In this document: positions 44,655 to 53,097 of the stretch, in pieces
Numbering within the stretch: the first letter of the stretch is position 1
How the letters are laid out: every line of letters starts with the position of its first letter
Assembly (NCBI GenBank): GCA_937990725.1
Contig: CALKQS010000008.1
Location: 79,217-143,216, forward strand
From: an uncultured Candidatus Saccharibacteria bacterium
Lineage (GTDB): Bacteria > Patescibacteriota > Saccharimonadia > Saccharimonadales > Saccharimonadaceae
Reading direction: 5' to 3'
Length of the DNA: 64,000 nucleotides
Notes under the pieces: generated by a model
What the model was told of the DNA's origin: nothing
Seen by the model: the letters and a program-made list of their open reading frames with translations, nothing else
Databases searched by the model: none
Made by a program: the position numbers and the translations under genes

Positions 44655-45086
44655 ATGACAGCGCTCCGCATCTGCGGGTGGAAGGCAGACAAAATTGGCA
44701 TTAAAATGAACTATTTGATTTTTCCTGCATTTTACGTCAGGATGAACCAGATATTACTTCTTCCAGCCTCAGATAAGGTTCTTGTACATATCGCCGGAAT
44801 TTGGGTCAATCTCGCAATAAATATGCTCCTGTTTGCACTCAACGCGATGTGGGTTCACAGTTCAGATTTAGGTCATTCGCTAGCATTTGCGGTTGTAACG
44901 CTATCCGTAAACGCGCTGCCTGTACTGAACTCAGACGGCTATCGATGCTTGCTTGCATGGACTGATGTCAACGAACATATCGATAATCGACGGAACCCTC
45001 GATGGGTGTTTGGATTGAGAATCCTTAGTTGGATCATTGTAGTAGCCTACATTGCTCGATTTTTACTGAATTATGTGGTATGGTGA
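44655..45086 (+). CDS. site-2-protease (peptidase M50)-like membrane protein fragment lacking the HExxH motif
   Basis: IFPAFYV, HIAGIWVNLAIN and NALPVLNSDGY (the N-x-x-P-x-x-x-D-G motif of M50 proteases) are present. The region where HExxH should sit is cut off by a stop 18 nt upstream of the ATG. Likely a 5'-truncated remnant or a non-catalytic derivative. Confidence 0.4.
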   Translation: MTALRICGWKADKIGIKMNYLIFPAFYVRMNQILLLPASDKVLVHIAGIWVNLAINMLLFALNAMWVHSSDLGHSLAFAVVTLSVNALPVLNSDGYRCLLAWTDVNEHIDNRRNPRWVFGLRILSWIIVVAYIARFLLNYVVW

Positions 45087-45090
45087 ATAT

Positions 45091-45765
45091 ATGAATACGT
45101 TACTTGAACTAGAAGATCTGGTCGTTTCCAGGGGGAGGAGGTTCTCCCTCGCTCCGCTGACCATTCGCTTCGATCGCCCAGATATTGTGGGACTTTTTGG
45201 CCACAACGGAGCCGGAAAGACGACGTTACTGAAGGCATTGGCCGGATTGTTGCCCATTCAATCTGGTTCTGTGAAGCTCCGTGATGCGACGATCCCGACC
45301 CTACTTCCAGACGTACCATTCATTTATAAGTTCTTGAAGGTGGGATCGGTTCCCAATGTCCTAGCAGACTATTTCGAAGACTTTGATCTTGAGCGTGGCC
45401 ACTCTATTATTAATGATCTATCGCTGGACAAATCGAAGAAGGTGAGTGACTTATCGAAAGGAATGGAAGAACAGTTGAATCTTGGCATGACCCTGGCTCG
45501 CCGATCGTCGGTCTATCTCTTTGACGAGCCACTAGCTGCTGTGGATCCTGTAACACGAGATCGCATGCTCGACCTTATTAAGCTACACAAGCCCGACGAT
45601 GCGTTACTCATCATTAGCACTCATCTTATCGCCGGCCTCGAATCACTCTTCGACGAATGTGTTGTGCTGCATAATGGGAGAGTGCTACTTCAATTGCAGG
45701 CTTCAGATATTTCTCCGGGGCAGAGCCTGGAGATTAAGATCAAGGAGGCAATGCTTAATGCGTGA
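45091..45765 (+). CDS. ABC transporter ATP-binding protein
   Basis: Walker A GHNGAGKTT, signature LSKGMEEQ, Walker B VYLFDEP, H-loop STH. Confidence 0.88.
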   Translation: MNTLLELEDLVVSRGRRFSLAPLTIRFDRPDIVGLFGHNGAGKTTLLKALAGLLPIQSGSVKLRDATIPTLLPDVPFIYKFLKVGSVPNVLADYFEDFDLERGHSIINDLSLDKSKKVSDLSKGMEEQLNLGMTLARRSSVYLFDEPLAAVDPVTRDRMLDLIKLHKPDDALLIISTHLIAGLESLFDECVVLHNGRVLLQLQASDISPGQSLEIKIKEAMLNA

Positions 45766-46531
45766 TATCTACACCGAAGCGCGCAAACACTTTGGTTTCT
45801 TCTTAGTGTGTGCATCAATTCTTTTTGGTATTTTTGTCTTGAGGGAACTTGTAGACTCATACAAATCCGTGCTCGACGTGATCTGGGCTTTCGCTGTCGT
45901 GCTAGTGTCGTCCGGTGCCACTTTTTATGTCGCTGCGCAGATCTTTATGTTTCTAGTGCTTAAACGCGACACACTCCTTCATCTTTCTACCCACTCGACA
46001 CTGCGTAAGTTCTTTGTCAAAACGGCCTCGCTCTCCTTCGGTTTTATAACGGTAGGTCTCGTGTCGCTTCTGGCAAGCACAACGATGTGGCCGAAAGATG
46101 ACAGGTTAACGAAAGCGGTTGCTTACGCAGTTTGTGCTAAATTGGTATCGAGCATTACCTTGGTGTCTATGGCCTGGGTTCTCGGGGCAGTTACCGCCCA
46201 CTTTAGGGGATTCTATTCGCGACTTCTTACCTATGCGGGTGGATTTGCTGTGCTAATTGGTTCACAGATTGCCGTATTGTGGCGTGTGGCAGATCTGGGC
46301 GGAACTACGTGGATGATCGGAGGCTCTACCTCATTTGCTGGTTATCCTGTATATTGTGGGCCGTTAGCGATCTCGATCGGAACTCCATTTTCCTTTAAAT
46401 TAACGGAACCTTACGTTCTTGGTCTTGGCTTAAATCTGATTTGGATCGTGTTGGGCCTGTTTGTCATTCTGCTACAATCTCGTCGACACCGCGCGAGCCT
46501 TCGAGCCAGGTGGGTTAATCGTATCCCATGA
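45758..46531 (+). CDS. ABC-2-type membrane permease partner, hypothetical
   Basis: ATG 45758 overlaps the ATPase stop (ATGCGTGA). Six or more hydrophobic segments. The ORF-track extension to 45599 lies inside the ATPase gene and is rejected. Confidence 0.6.
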   Translation: MRDIYTEARKHFGFFLVCASILFGIFVLRELVDSYKSVLDVIWAFAVVLVSSGATFYVAAQIFMFLVLKRDTLLHLSTHSTLRKFFVKTASLSFGFITVGLVSLLASTTMWPKDDRLTKAVAYAVCAKLVSSITLVSMAWVLGAVTAHFRGFYSRLLTYAGGFAVLIGSQIAVLWRVADLGGTTWMIGGSTSFAGYPVYCGPLAISIGTPFSFKLTEPYVLGLGLNLIWIVLGLFVILLQSRRHRASLRARWVNRIP

Positions 46532-46659
46532 TTGGGACTTAACCTCTGTTGCTTGGACACCTTCCCGGTAGCCACACAGCAGTCCTCGGAATTCATGTTC
46601 ATATACATTCTATGGATGTGTCTTAAGGGCTCACGCCGAGTCATACGCTGCGTCTGGCC

Positions 46660-47046
46660 TCAGTTCACCCATATCCTTACTGACGCCCAATAGCCGGGTG
46701 GTGTGCTTAACCATCCCGAGCTGTAAGCCTGCCGCACCCGCTCTTGGAAGGCAGGGTCGGCTGGGTTGGTGCGCAGCGTCTCTCCTGCCTGCTTGAGGTG
46801 CCGCGCCACCGTGGTGTGGTGAAAGCCAAAGCGCTTGGCGATCTGCGCCACCGTCTGTCCCGCCTGGTGGAGTACCACCATCTCTTCCACCAACTGTGGA
46901 CGCAGGTAGCGGTTGATCCGCCGTGGCGCGGGGTGGTGGAAGACGTGGTAGCTGGCGCGCGGGTGTCCGCTCTGCCGGCCACGTCTAGCGAGCTGCCAGG
47001 ATCCTCCGCCAGTGAAGAGCCTCGCCCCGTCGGCACTACTGCAAGG
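46660..47046 (-). pseudogene. remnant of a GC-rich helix-turn-helix gene (Actinobacteria-like composition)
   Basis: The frame is open from 47046 with no credible start. It reads ...RRINRYLRPQLVEEMVVLHQAGQTVAQIAKRFGFHHTTVARHLKQAGETLR..., a classic HTH, then degenerates (AYSSGWLSTPPGYWASV). Local GC is 60-77% in the lines I counted, against about 40-45% in the flanks. Confidence 0.4.
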
Positions 47047-47133
47047 TCAACGACACCCATCACATACCGCCAACACGCCTCCCATTGTTTTGAGTGGGGC
47101 AGGGAGAGGGCGACCATGTTTGTGAATTATTTG

Positions 47134-47162
47134 ATCTGGCTTGTGTAGCCAGATTATTTTTT
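47134..47162 (+). terminator. orphan terminator-like hairpin at the edge of the GC-rich fragment
   Basis: ATCTGGCT-tgtgt-AGCCAGAT followed by TATTTTTT. No intact plus-strand gene ends here. Confidence 0.4.
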
Positions 47163-47215
47163 GATAGGTACACAATACTTAGTGCGAACAAGAGCACCGT
47201 GAAGAGAAGACTGGG

Positions 47216-47422
47216 ATGAGCGAGGATGAAGTGCTCGTTTTTGCAGCTACAACTCTTAAATATGATTACCCTGCCACACAATACAGAACGCGGCATCCTG
47301 ATACAGTTACCCCAGCTGAGATAGCGGCAATGGATCCGTATGAATTTTCAGATTTTGCAACTGCACAAAGTGTGATTGATGATTTTCACACTATTCCTCC
47401 CGCTCATCGAAGGACCAATTGA
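47216..47422 (+). CDS. hypothetical small acidic protein
   Basis: 68-aa ORF with no recognisable motif. Coding status uncertain. Confidence 0.3.
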   Translation: MSEDEVLVFAATTLKYDYPATQYRTRHPDTVTPAEIAAMDPYEFSDFATAQSVIDDFHTIPPAHRRTN

Positions 47423-47577
47423 TCTAAGTCGCTTTTCATCTGCTTTGCTAAGGATGAATTTTATAACTATAGTAACAAATGGGTTGCCAGCAACCATTGC
47501 CGGTTAATTAAAAAAACAGTGGTAAAACCACACACCATAGCATCACTTTGTGCTGTCGTGTATAATGACCAGTAGTT

Positions 47578-48231
47578 ATGGTAGCGCAGCCTTCTCAGCC
47601 AGCAAAATCAAAGGAGCAGCCCAAGCAGCCGCAGCCGCGGCGGTTTGCACTTTTGGTGACGCATTGCTGCGCGTCGGTGGGGTATCTCTTTTGTTTGCTG
47701 CTGTGGGTGTGGTGTGCCATGCAATTGCTCTACCCATATATCACGCGAGATAAGGCACTTTGGGTCATACCAGAGCCGCACGACCAGCCAGAGATCACGC
47801 TTCCACAGGGCATGCCCTCGGGGGCAGACTTGCCGCAGCCAGTGGCGATTGCACTCGTGGCGATCATCACCATTGTTATGATTGGGTGCGGCCTCTATAT
47901 GTTGGTCATGCTGCCTCGCAACATTGCCAAAACAGGCGAGCGCGTAGTAAAAAAGACAACAAAAGCAGTTGCACCCTTAGCGACGAAAACCCACCAGCCA
48001 GTGAGCAAGAAGCAACGCATCATCCTCAATGCACGTATTGCGGCAGGCATTAAGGTGCTGGCTTGTGTCGTGCCAGTGATTATCCTAATGATCTGGCCGG
48101 GTGCGGCACCACTATCGCAGCATGTGGTGCGGATTGTTGCAGTGTTCTGCGCTGGCATGGCATCCTTGAGCTTTTTGCTCCAGTATGGGCTAGCACGGAT
48201 GCTTGGTGTGCCTGATACGCTCCTCAAGTAG
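47578..48231 (+). CDS. integral membrane protein, hypothetical
   Basis: 217 aa with four or five TM helices. TATAAT at 47561-47566 lies 11 nt upstream of ATG. Confidence 0.55.
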   Translation: MVAQPSQPAKSKEQPKQPQPRRFALLVTHCCASVGYLFCLLLWVWCAMQLLYPYITRDKALWVIPEPHDQPEITLPQGMPSGADLPQPVAIALVAIITIVMIGCGLYMLVMLPRNIAKTGERVVKKTTKAVAPLATKTHQPVSKKQRIILNARIAAGIKVLACVVPVIILMIWPGAAPLSQHVVRIVAVFCAGMASLSFLLQYGLARMLGVPDTLLK

Positions 48232-48253
48232 TTATTATATTCTTCTGACATAA

Positions 48254-48282
48254 CAATACCTCTGCCAAGAGCAGAGGTATTG
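48254..48282. terminator. perfect 12-bp hairpin between convergent genes (possible bidirectional terminator)
   Basis: CAATACCTCTGC-caaga-GCAGAGGTATTG. There is no clear U-tract. Confidence 0.4.
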
Positions 48283-48294
48283 TGAGGATGAGTG

Positions 48295-48534
48295 CTATCC
48301 TTGCGGCGGGAAGGGATCCTTCTTAGGCGGGACGGTATCGGCATCGCGATACTGGGCCGTACCGTCGGCGCGCTGGATTCTGAGCTCGCCACCACCGTGC
48401 TGGCGCATGTAGCGCCTGGTTTGGTCGATGACTTCCTCCTGGGTAGTGCCCACAAAGTGGACGCGGCCAGTGCCGTCGGCGACTGCTTGGTAGCCTTTGA
48501 GTTTGTTACCACTAATCGTAAAATTTTGTGCCAT
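48295..48534 (-). CDS. DUF2188 domain protein
   Basis: The ...HFVGTTQEEVIDQTRRYMRQHGGGELRIQRADGT....D..PPKKDPFPPQG pattern is typical of DUF2188. SD GAGGAG before ATG 48534. Confidence 0.6.
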   Translation of the reverse strand: MAQNFTISGNKLKGYQAVADGTGRVHFVGTTQEEVIDQTRRYMRQHGGGELRIQRADGTAQYRDADTVPPKKDPFPPQG

Positions 48535-48842
48535 GGAGTACTCCTCGTGCGGCTTTAACGATATTGGTATGCAAGGTGCCAACCCTGCCTCCTTCTAGCC
48601 TAATACAAGATTGCTGATGAGGCAAATTGATACTGTAGGGAGTAATGAGTTGAAGTGTAGAAATAGTGATTTGATATATCACAGATGAGGTTGATGGTGA
48701 TACACGAGTACTTTTGAGCTGGCAAAAGTATAGTGTATAGCGTTGGTGGCTCATAATTATGGATAAAATTGCTATGACATATATGCGATACAGCTAAAGT
48801 GTGCTATAAATATAAGCATAAGAGTATTTCGGAGGGGGAATA

Positions 48843-50810
48843 ATGAAACGATGGGGATTGAGCGTCGTGCTGCTGTGCGGTGCACTCTATGGGCTCGCGA
48901 TAGCTCCGCCAGTGCGGGCGAATACGTCGCTGTGTGGTACAAATGATCAGCTGTTCAGAGCGGTGCGTCGGCCACTAGCGACTGACTCAGCACCAGCAGC
49001 TCGCGCGATAGCATGGCTTAAACAGATGATGGAGCCAAAGCATAGCCCAGGTGATGGTAGTACCATCACTCCAGCACAAGCCTATGGCTTTGACTACCAA
49101 GCAAAGGTGAGCGGGCGCTTTACGCTTGCGCACCCACGACAAACCGAAAGTGCGACACCGCTCACGGTTCCTAATACTGCGCATGCCGCCGAAGGTTACC
49201 GCGGCACAGTAAAAGGAACAGCACCAACTGGGGCTAATCCACGTGAAGTGCGGGCGTACCTCTACAGTTATGCTGAATATGAGCAGCCGACCGTTGTGCC
49301 CGCAGTGGTACAGCCAGATGGCACATGGACGCTCGATCTCTCACCTGTCAACCCGGCATTTGCGGGGTCATGGCACTTCCGGCTATACGACAAAGTGACG
49401 GGGCAGCAGATTGGCGAGAGCTGGCCGCGACCTGTGACGTATAAGAATCTGGAGGTGCAGCTCTACGCGGTATCTGATAAAGAATACCTCCAAGCTACGC
49501 AACCAGCTCAGGCAGATAATACCTTTAGTTTCGATGCAGTAGGTAAGGGGCATAAATTAATTCGCCTCTATGATACAGCAACTAAAACTATCATTGCCGA
49601 GTATTTCAAGCCAGAGCTGGTGGGGCTCATCCGCTCATATGAGTATGCACCAGGTCAAGATGGCTATGGTACACCGCGTGAGTCGTATAGCTATGTGTAT
49701 GATCAGTCGCTGGCGCTACTCGTGGCGATTGGCGTGGACGATCGAGCAATGGCGGATAAGCTCGTGCATGGCCTAAGCGCAATCCAAGTCAAGACGGGTG
49801 AGCAGAAGGGGGCCTTCCCGGCGAGTGTGCACCAGCTTGATTACACAGGGATCCAGCAGCCGATTTATTATACTGGTGGTGTTGCCTTTGTGCAGTATGC
49901 GCTCATTCGCTATATGGAAAAGTATGGTGACCAGCAAGGGGTGCGCCAGATGATTCTTGATACCTTCCGCTGGCTTGAGACGATGAAGACGACGACTGGT
50001 GATGCTGCTGGGCTATTTCGTGGTGGGGTGCGGATTGACAATGGTATTAAGAAGGATATTGCGTGGCATGCTACTGAGCACAACACTGACATGTGGCATG
50101 TATATGAACGGGCAGCTCGCGTGCTGGGCGATAAGCAGTACGCTCAGAAGGCAGATGAACTTGCTAAAGTAACGGTGGCAAAGCTATGGAATACATCCGA
50201 GGGTCGGTTCAATCAAGGATACAACGACAGCAGCAAGGCACTTGATACAACAAGCTGGGGTGCGATCTTTCTCAATGCGATTGGCGAATACGACAAAGCT
50301 GAGCAAGCACTTGCTCATACTGCCATCTACAAAACAACCGATGGTGCGGCAAAAGGCTATACACCGTATTTGACAGGTAATTACGTGCCAACCGTATGGT
50401 TTGAGGGGACGTATGGTGTGGCACAGGCATATAATATCGCTGGGGACACGGCCACGGCGCGGGCAATCTTAACAGATACTTACCCGGCACAGCGGCCCAA
50501 TGGTGCATGGCAGTACGCATCTAAGGCCGATCTGCCAAATGAACTAACTAATGCAAACTCAGTGGCATCGACGGCGTGGTATGTGTTGGCGGCCAGCTAC
50601 CCAGAAGCAATTTGGTCGGAGTGCCGCGCGGCACTGGCCACAAATCCGTTCGATCCAAGTACACCCAATCAGCCTACCCAACCAGCCAAGCCAAGCCAAT
50701 TCCACGGCCTCTTAGCCGACACCGGCATATCGCTCTGGCAATTTGTTCTTGTGACAGCGGTGTTGCTTGCTAGTGGGATGCTACTAGCGCGCTATGTGCG
50801 ACGCGCATAA
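48843..50810 (+). CDS. large secreted surface protein with a C-terminal LAxTG cell-wall sorting signal
   Basis: SD GGAGGGGG. Signal peptide MKRWGLSVVLLCGALYGLAIAPPVRA. C-terminus LADTG (50712-50726), a 21-aa hydrophobic segment and RYVRRA. The central part may be an alpha/alpha-toroid (YVYDQSLALLVAIG), but this is unverified. Confidence 0.7.
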   Translation: MKRWGLSVVLLCGALYGLAIAPPVRANTSLCGTNDQLFRAVRRPLATDSAPAARAIAWLKQMMEPKHSPGDGSTITPAQAYGFDYQAKVSGRFTLAHPRQTESATPLTVPNTAHAAEGYRGTVKGTAPTGANPREVRAYLYSYAEYEQPTVVPAVVQPDGTWTLDLSPVNPAFAGSWHFRLYDKVTGQQIGESWPRPVTYKNLEVQLYAVSDKEYLQATQPAQADNTFSFDAVGKGHKLIRLYDTATKTIIAEYFKPELVGLIRSYEYAPGQDGYGTPRESYSYVYDQSLALLVAIGVDDRAMADKLVHGLSAIQVKTGEQKGAFPASVHQLDYTGIQQPIYYTGGVAFVQYALIRYMEKYGDQQGVRQMILDTFRWLETMKTTTGDAAGLFRGGVRIDNGIKKDIAWHATEHNTDMWHVYERAARVLGDKQYAQKADELAKVTVAKLWNTSEGRFNQGYNDSSKALDTTSWGAIFLNAIGEYDKAEQALAHTAIYKTTDGAAKGYTPYLTGNYVPTVWFEGTYGVAQAYNIAGDTATARAILTDTYPAQRPNGAWQYASKADLPNELTNANSVASTAWYVLAASYPEAIWSECRAALATNPFDPSTPNQPTQPAKPSQFHGLLADTGISLWQFVLVTAVLLASGMLLARYVRRA

Positions 50811-50816
50811 CAGTCA

Positions 50817-51590
50817 CTACTTTAACCCCCGAAAAGTGCTTGATTTGACGTTATCATACATCTTGTTGTCTTGAAGGAGCTTCTTCATCGCTTTTACATC
50901 ATCAGGCTGTCCAGCTAAGAGATACTGAGCTTGATTGCCATACATATTGATTGCCTGTGCAACGTGCTCTTGACTCTGGGAAAGACTAGCATTGGTTTCA
51001 TAGGTGACATTGGCTGTTTTATTTGCTAACTCCGAGAGCTCCTTATCAAAGACCGCTACTCCCTTGTCTAGATGGTAGAGAACGATGGGGCGTTTGCCAG
51101 CCCACTGCCTGACAATTGGTCGCATTGCCGAGATGCCGACATCAGATGCAAAACAAACCAGTGGCGTGTCGCCGTCCGTAACGAACAAAGACGAACCTAG
51201 CCAACTCATCTCGATCTGGCTACCTGCCGGTAGACTCGTCAAAGCTTTTTTATAGGGGCTGCCACTATTGTGCGTCACTATGACGATTTCATTATCCTCA
51301 GGGCTAGAAGCAATGCTCAGCCAACGGCTTGTCTGTTCTCCCTTATGATCATTCTTTTTACCACCAGATGCCGTACTGGGTAGCGTAATCTTGGCATAAG
51401 AGCCTGCCTTCCACGTCATACTATCAGGTTTTGCCAGGCGAATAACGTGGAGGTTGCCGCTAGGGTTTTCGATGGATTTGATTGATAACGTTTGGCTCCG
51501 CCCCAAGTACGCGATGACACCCCAAGTGACAAGGCCTATAACTGCAAGAATAGCTATAACGATGATTACCATTTTTTTACCCCTTTTCAT
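50817..51590 (-). CDS. membrane-anchored ferredoxin-reductase-like (FNR-fold) oxidoreductase
   Basis: N-terminal TM helix. SRWLSIASSP resembles the R-x-Y-S-x-x-S FAD-binding motif, and FASDVGISAMRPI resembles the G-x-G-I-x-P NAD(P) motif. Confidence 0.45.
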   Translation of the reverse strand: MKRGKKMVIIVIAILAVIGLVTWGVIAYLGRSQTLSIKSIENPSGNLHVIRLAKPDSMTWKAGSYAKITLPSTASGGKKNDHKGEQTSRWLSIASSPEDNEIVIVTHNSGSPYKKALTSLPAGSQIEMSWLGSSLFVTDGDTPLVCFASDVGISAMRPIVRQWAGKRPIVLYHLDKGVAVFDKELSELANKTANVTYETNASLSQSQEHVAQAINMYGNQAQYLLAGQPDDVKAMKKLLQDNKMYDNVKSSTFRGLK

Positions 51591-52206
51591 TATGTAAAAT
51601 ACCTTTCACAAAGTTAGTGGCAAGTACTTCTAGCGTCCTACCGATACCCGGAAAATCGTTTTCCGTGATATGTATATCCATGTAGTAAAACAAATTATAA
51701 ACCTGTAAAATATTCTGAATCTTCTCCTCTGAATATCCTTCTGCCACCATACGATTAGTAAAGGTTTCGACTAAAAACTGATGAAAGGTATTGGTGGATT
51801 TGCCTTTACCTGAAGAATAATAGCTGCGCAGCGTACGAGAAATGGCTGGATTATGCCATTCCGCCAGGATTTTATTGGACGAAACCAGGCTACGTGACTG
51901 CTCAAAAATCTGCCTCACAAGTTCAACCAAATCCTGCTGCCAATCGATGTCATCCATCATTGCTTGGCGAACGCGGTTATTCTCCTCAACGTACACATCC
52001 AGAAAGATAGCTTCCTTGCCGCTGTAGTAGTTATAAAAAGAACCAACTGCTACGCCAGCACGTTTAGCGATTTCTGAGATCCCGGCCTCCTTATAGCCCT
52101 TTTTTGAGAAGACATCATAGGCGGCTGTTTTTAATGTTTGCTTCTTGTTCAATGCTCGTGACTCCCTCATTAATGATGTTCTGAATGAATAAATTTTTAT
52201 ATTCAT
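51577..52206 (-). CDS. TetR/AcrR family transcriptional regulator
   Basis: The HTH TAAYDVFSKKGYKEAGISEIAKRAGVAVGSFYNYYSGKE. 14-nt overlap with the downstream oxidoreductase. TATACT lies 5 nt upstream of ATG 52206, and ATG 52170 is an alternative. Confidence 0.8.
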   Translation of the reverse strand: MNIKIYSFRTSLMRESRALNKKQTLKTAAYDVFSKKGYKEAGISEIAKRAGVAVGSFYNYYSGKEAIFLDVYVEENNRVRQAMMDDIDWQQDLVELVRQIFEQSRSLVSSNKILAEWHNPAISRTLRSYYSSGKGKSTNTFHQFLVETFTNRMVAEGYSEEKIQNILQVYNLFYYMDIHITENDFPGIGRTLEVLATNFVKGILHNEKG

Positions 52207-52366
52207 TCAATAGTATATGAAATCACTAAAGGGTATGTCAATAGAGGGATTTTCTTGATTATCTTTTGCTTGGCAGCTCGATTGATGATCTTACCTCATT
52301 AAACGCCCTGTGGCCTGGATTGAGTGTGATTCAGTAAAGATCGACACCTAAACTAACGAGAGTGTG

Positions 52367-52996
52367 TCATTGGCTCTGTATCTTATCCACCAACTTCGTC
52401 AGCTTCACCCCGCCGTACATCCAGTGGTCGGCGCCGCGGTATGCGCCGGAGTTGTTGACTTCGCCGCGCTGGGTATAGATCAGGCGGGTCAGGGCAGACA
52501 GGCGCCAGGTTTTGCCGCTGTAGGATACCTCGCGTGGGCCAGCTACGACGGCGGTGATGGCTGGGTCTTTGATAAAGTGGATGCTCGCGCCCTTGTCGAT
52601 ACCCTTTTTGTAAAAGCTAAAGCGCTGATCTTGCTGGTGTGCGGTGGTAACGGCCTCGAACGAGTCGGCCTTGCTGGTGGATTGAGCTGGCTTGGGGTAA
52701 ATCTGCGTACCATCAAGGGCAAGCAGCAGCCGCTGGATAAGATATTCATCAAGCGCAAAGAACTCACTCCGGCCAATGCGATGTTTGCTAAAGACTTCGT
52801 GCAGGAGCTGTTCCTTTTTGTGGTAATTATCTACCTCAATGGCGACCAGCCGCTGCAGCCCAGTGATGTTGGAGTAGCCGTTAGACTCAAGATATTGCAT
52901 GCGCGCCTCGAAGCGGTCGACGCTGGTCTTACCAATCTTGACCAAACCCTCAATAGCACTGGTCATAACATAAATCACTCCGCGCGGCTCGGACAT
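52367..52996 (-). CDS. GIY-YIG/T5orf172-type nuclease-like domain protein with a DUF4357-like C-terminus
   Basis: GVIYVMTSA..GLVKIGKTS...R...L........L..A.EV.......E..LH..F...R....SEFF resembles the T5orf172/GIY-YIG pattern. Divergent from hsdM. Confidence 0.6.
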   Translation of the reverse strand: MSEPRGVIYVMTSAIEGLVKIGKTSVDRFEARMQYLESNGYSNITGLQRLVAIEVDNYHKKEQLLHEVFSKHRIGRSEFFALDEYLIQRLLLALDGTQIYPKPAQSTSKADSFEAVTTAHQQDQRFSFYKKGIDKGASIHFIKDPAITAVVAGPREVSYSGKTWRLSALTRLIYTQRGEVNNSGAYRGADHWMYGGVKLTKLVDKIQSQ

Positions 52997-53002
52997 GGTT
53001 TT

Positions 53003-53011
53003 ATTGTAGCA
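53003..53011 (-). promoter_or_regulatory. extended -10 TGcTACAAT, 6 nt upstream of ATG 52996 (leaderless-type)
   Basis: The minus strand reads TGCTACAAT-aaaacc-ATG. Confidence 0.5.
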
Positions 53012-53084
53012 GACTGTGGGGCAGGTGAATAGCCAATGGTAGTAAAATGCTTCAGCCAGCCTCGTTAATTAGGCTTGCTTGCAG

Positions 53085-53090
53085 TATAAT
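53085..53090 (+). promoter_or_regulatory. -10 box TATAAT, 7 nt upstream of the hsdM ATG
   Basis: TATAAT, gap gaggggc, then ATG 53098. Confidence 0.45.
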
Positions 53091-53097
53091 GAGGGGC

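Noticed and set aside
46707-47148. 136-aa minus-strand and 134-aa plus-strand ORFs in the GC-rich fragment.
   Set aside because: Long open frames are expected by chance in 65-75% GC DNA. Both translations are Arg/Ala/Pro/Trp-rich nonsense. Only the HTH frame looks protein-like, and even that is a remnant.
52364-53032. 222-aa plus-strand ORF that almost exactly mirrors the minus-strand GIY-YIG/T5orf172 gene.
   Set aside because: It is an antisense shadow ORF in a GC-rich segment. Its translation is Ala/Gly/Val-rich with no motif, whereas the minus-strand frame has a recognisable domain pattern and its own promoter.
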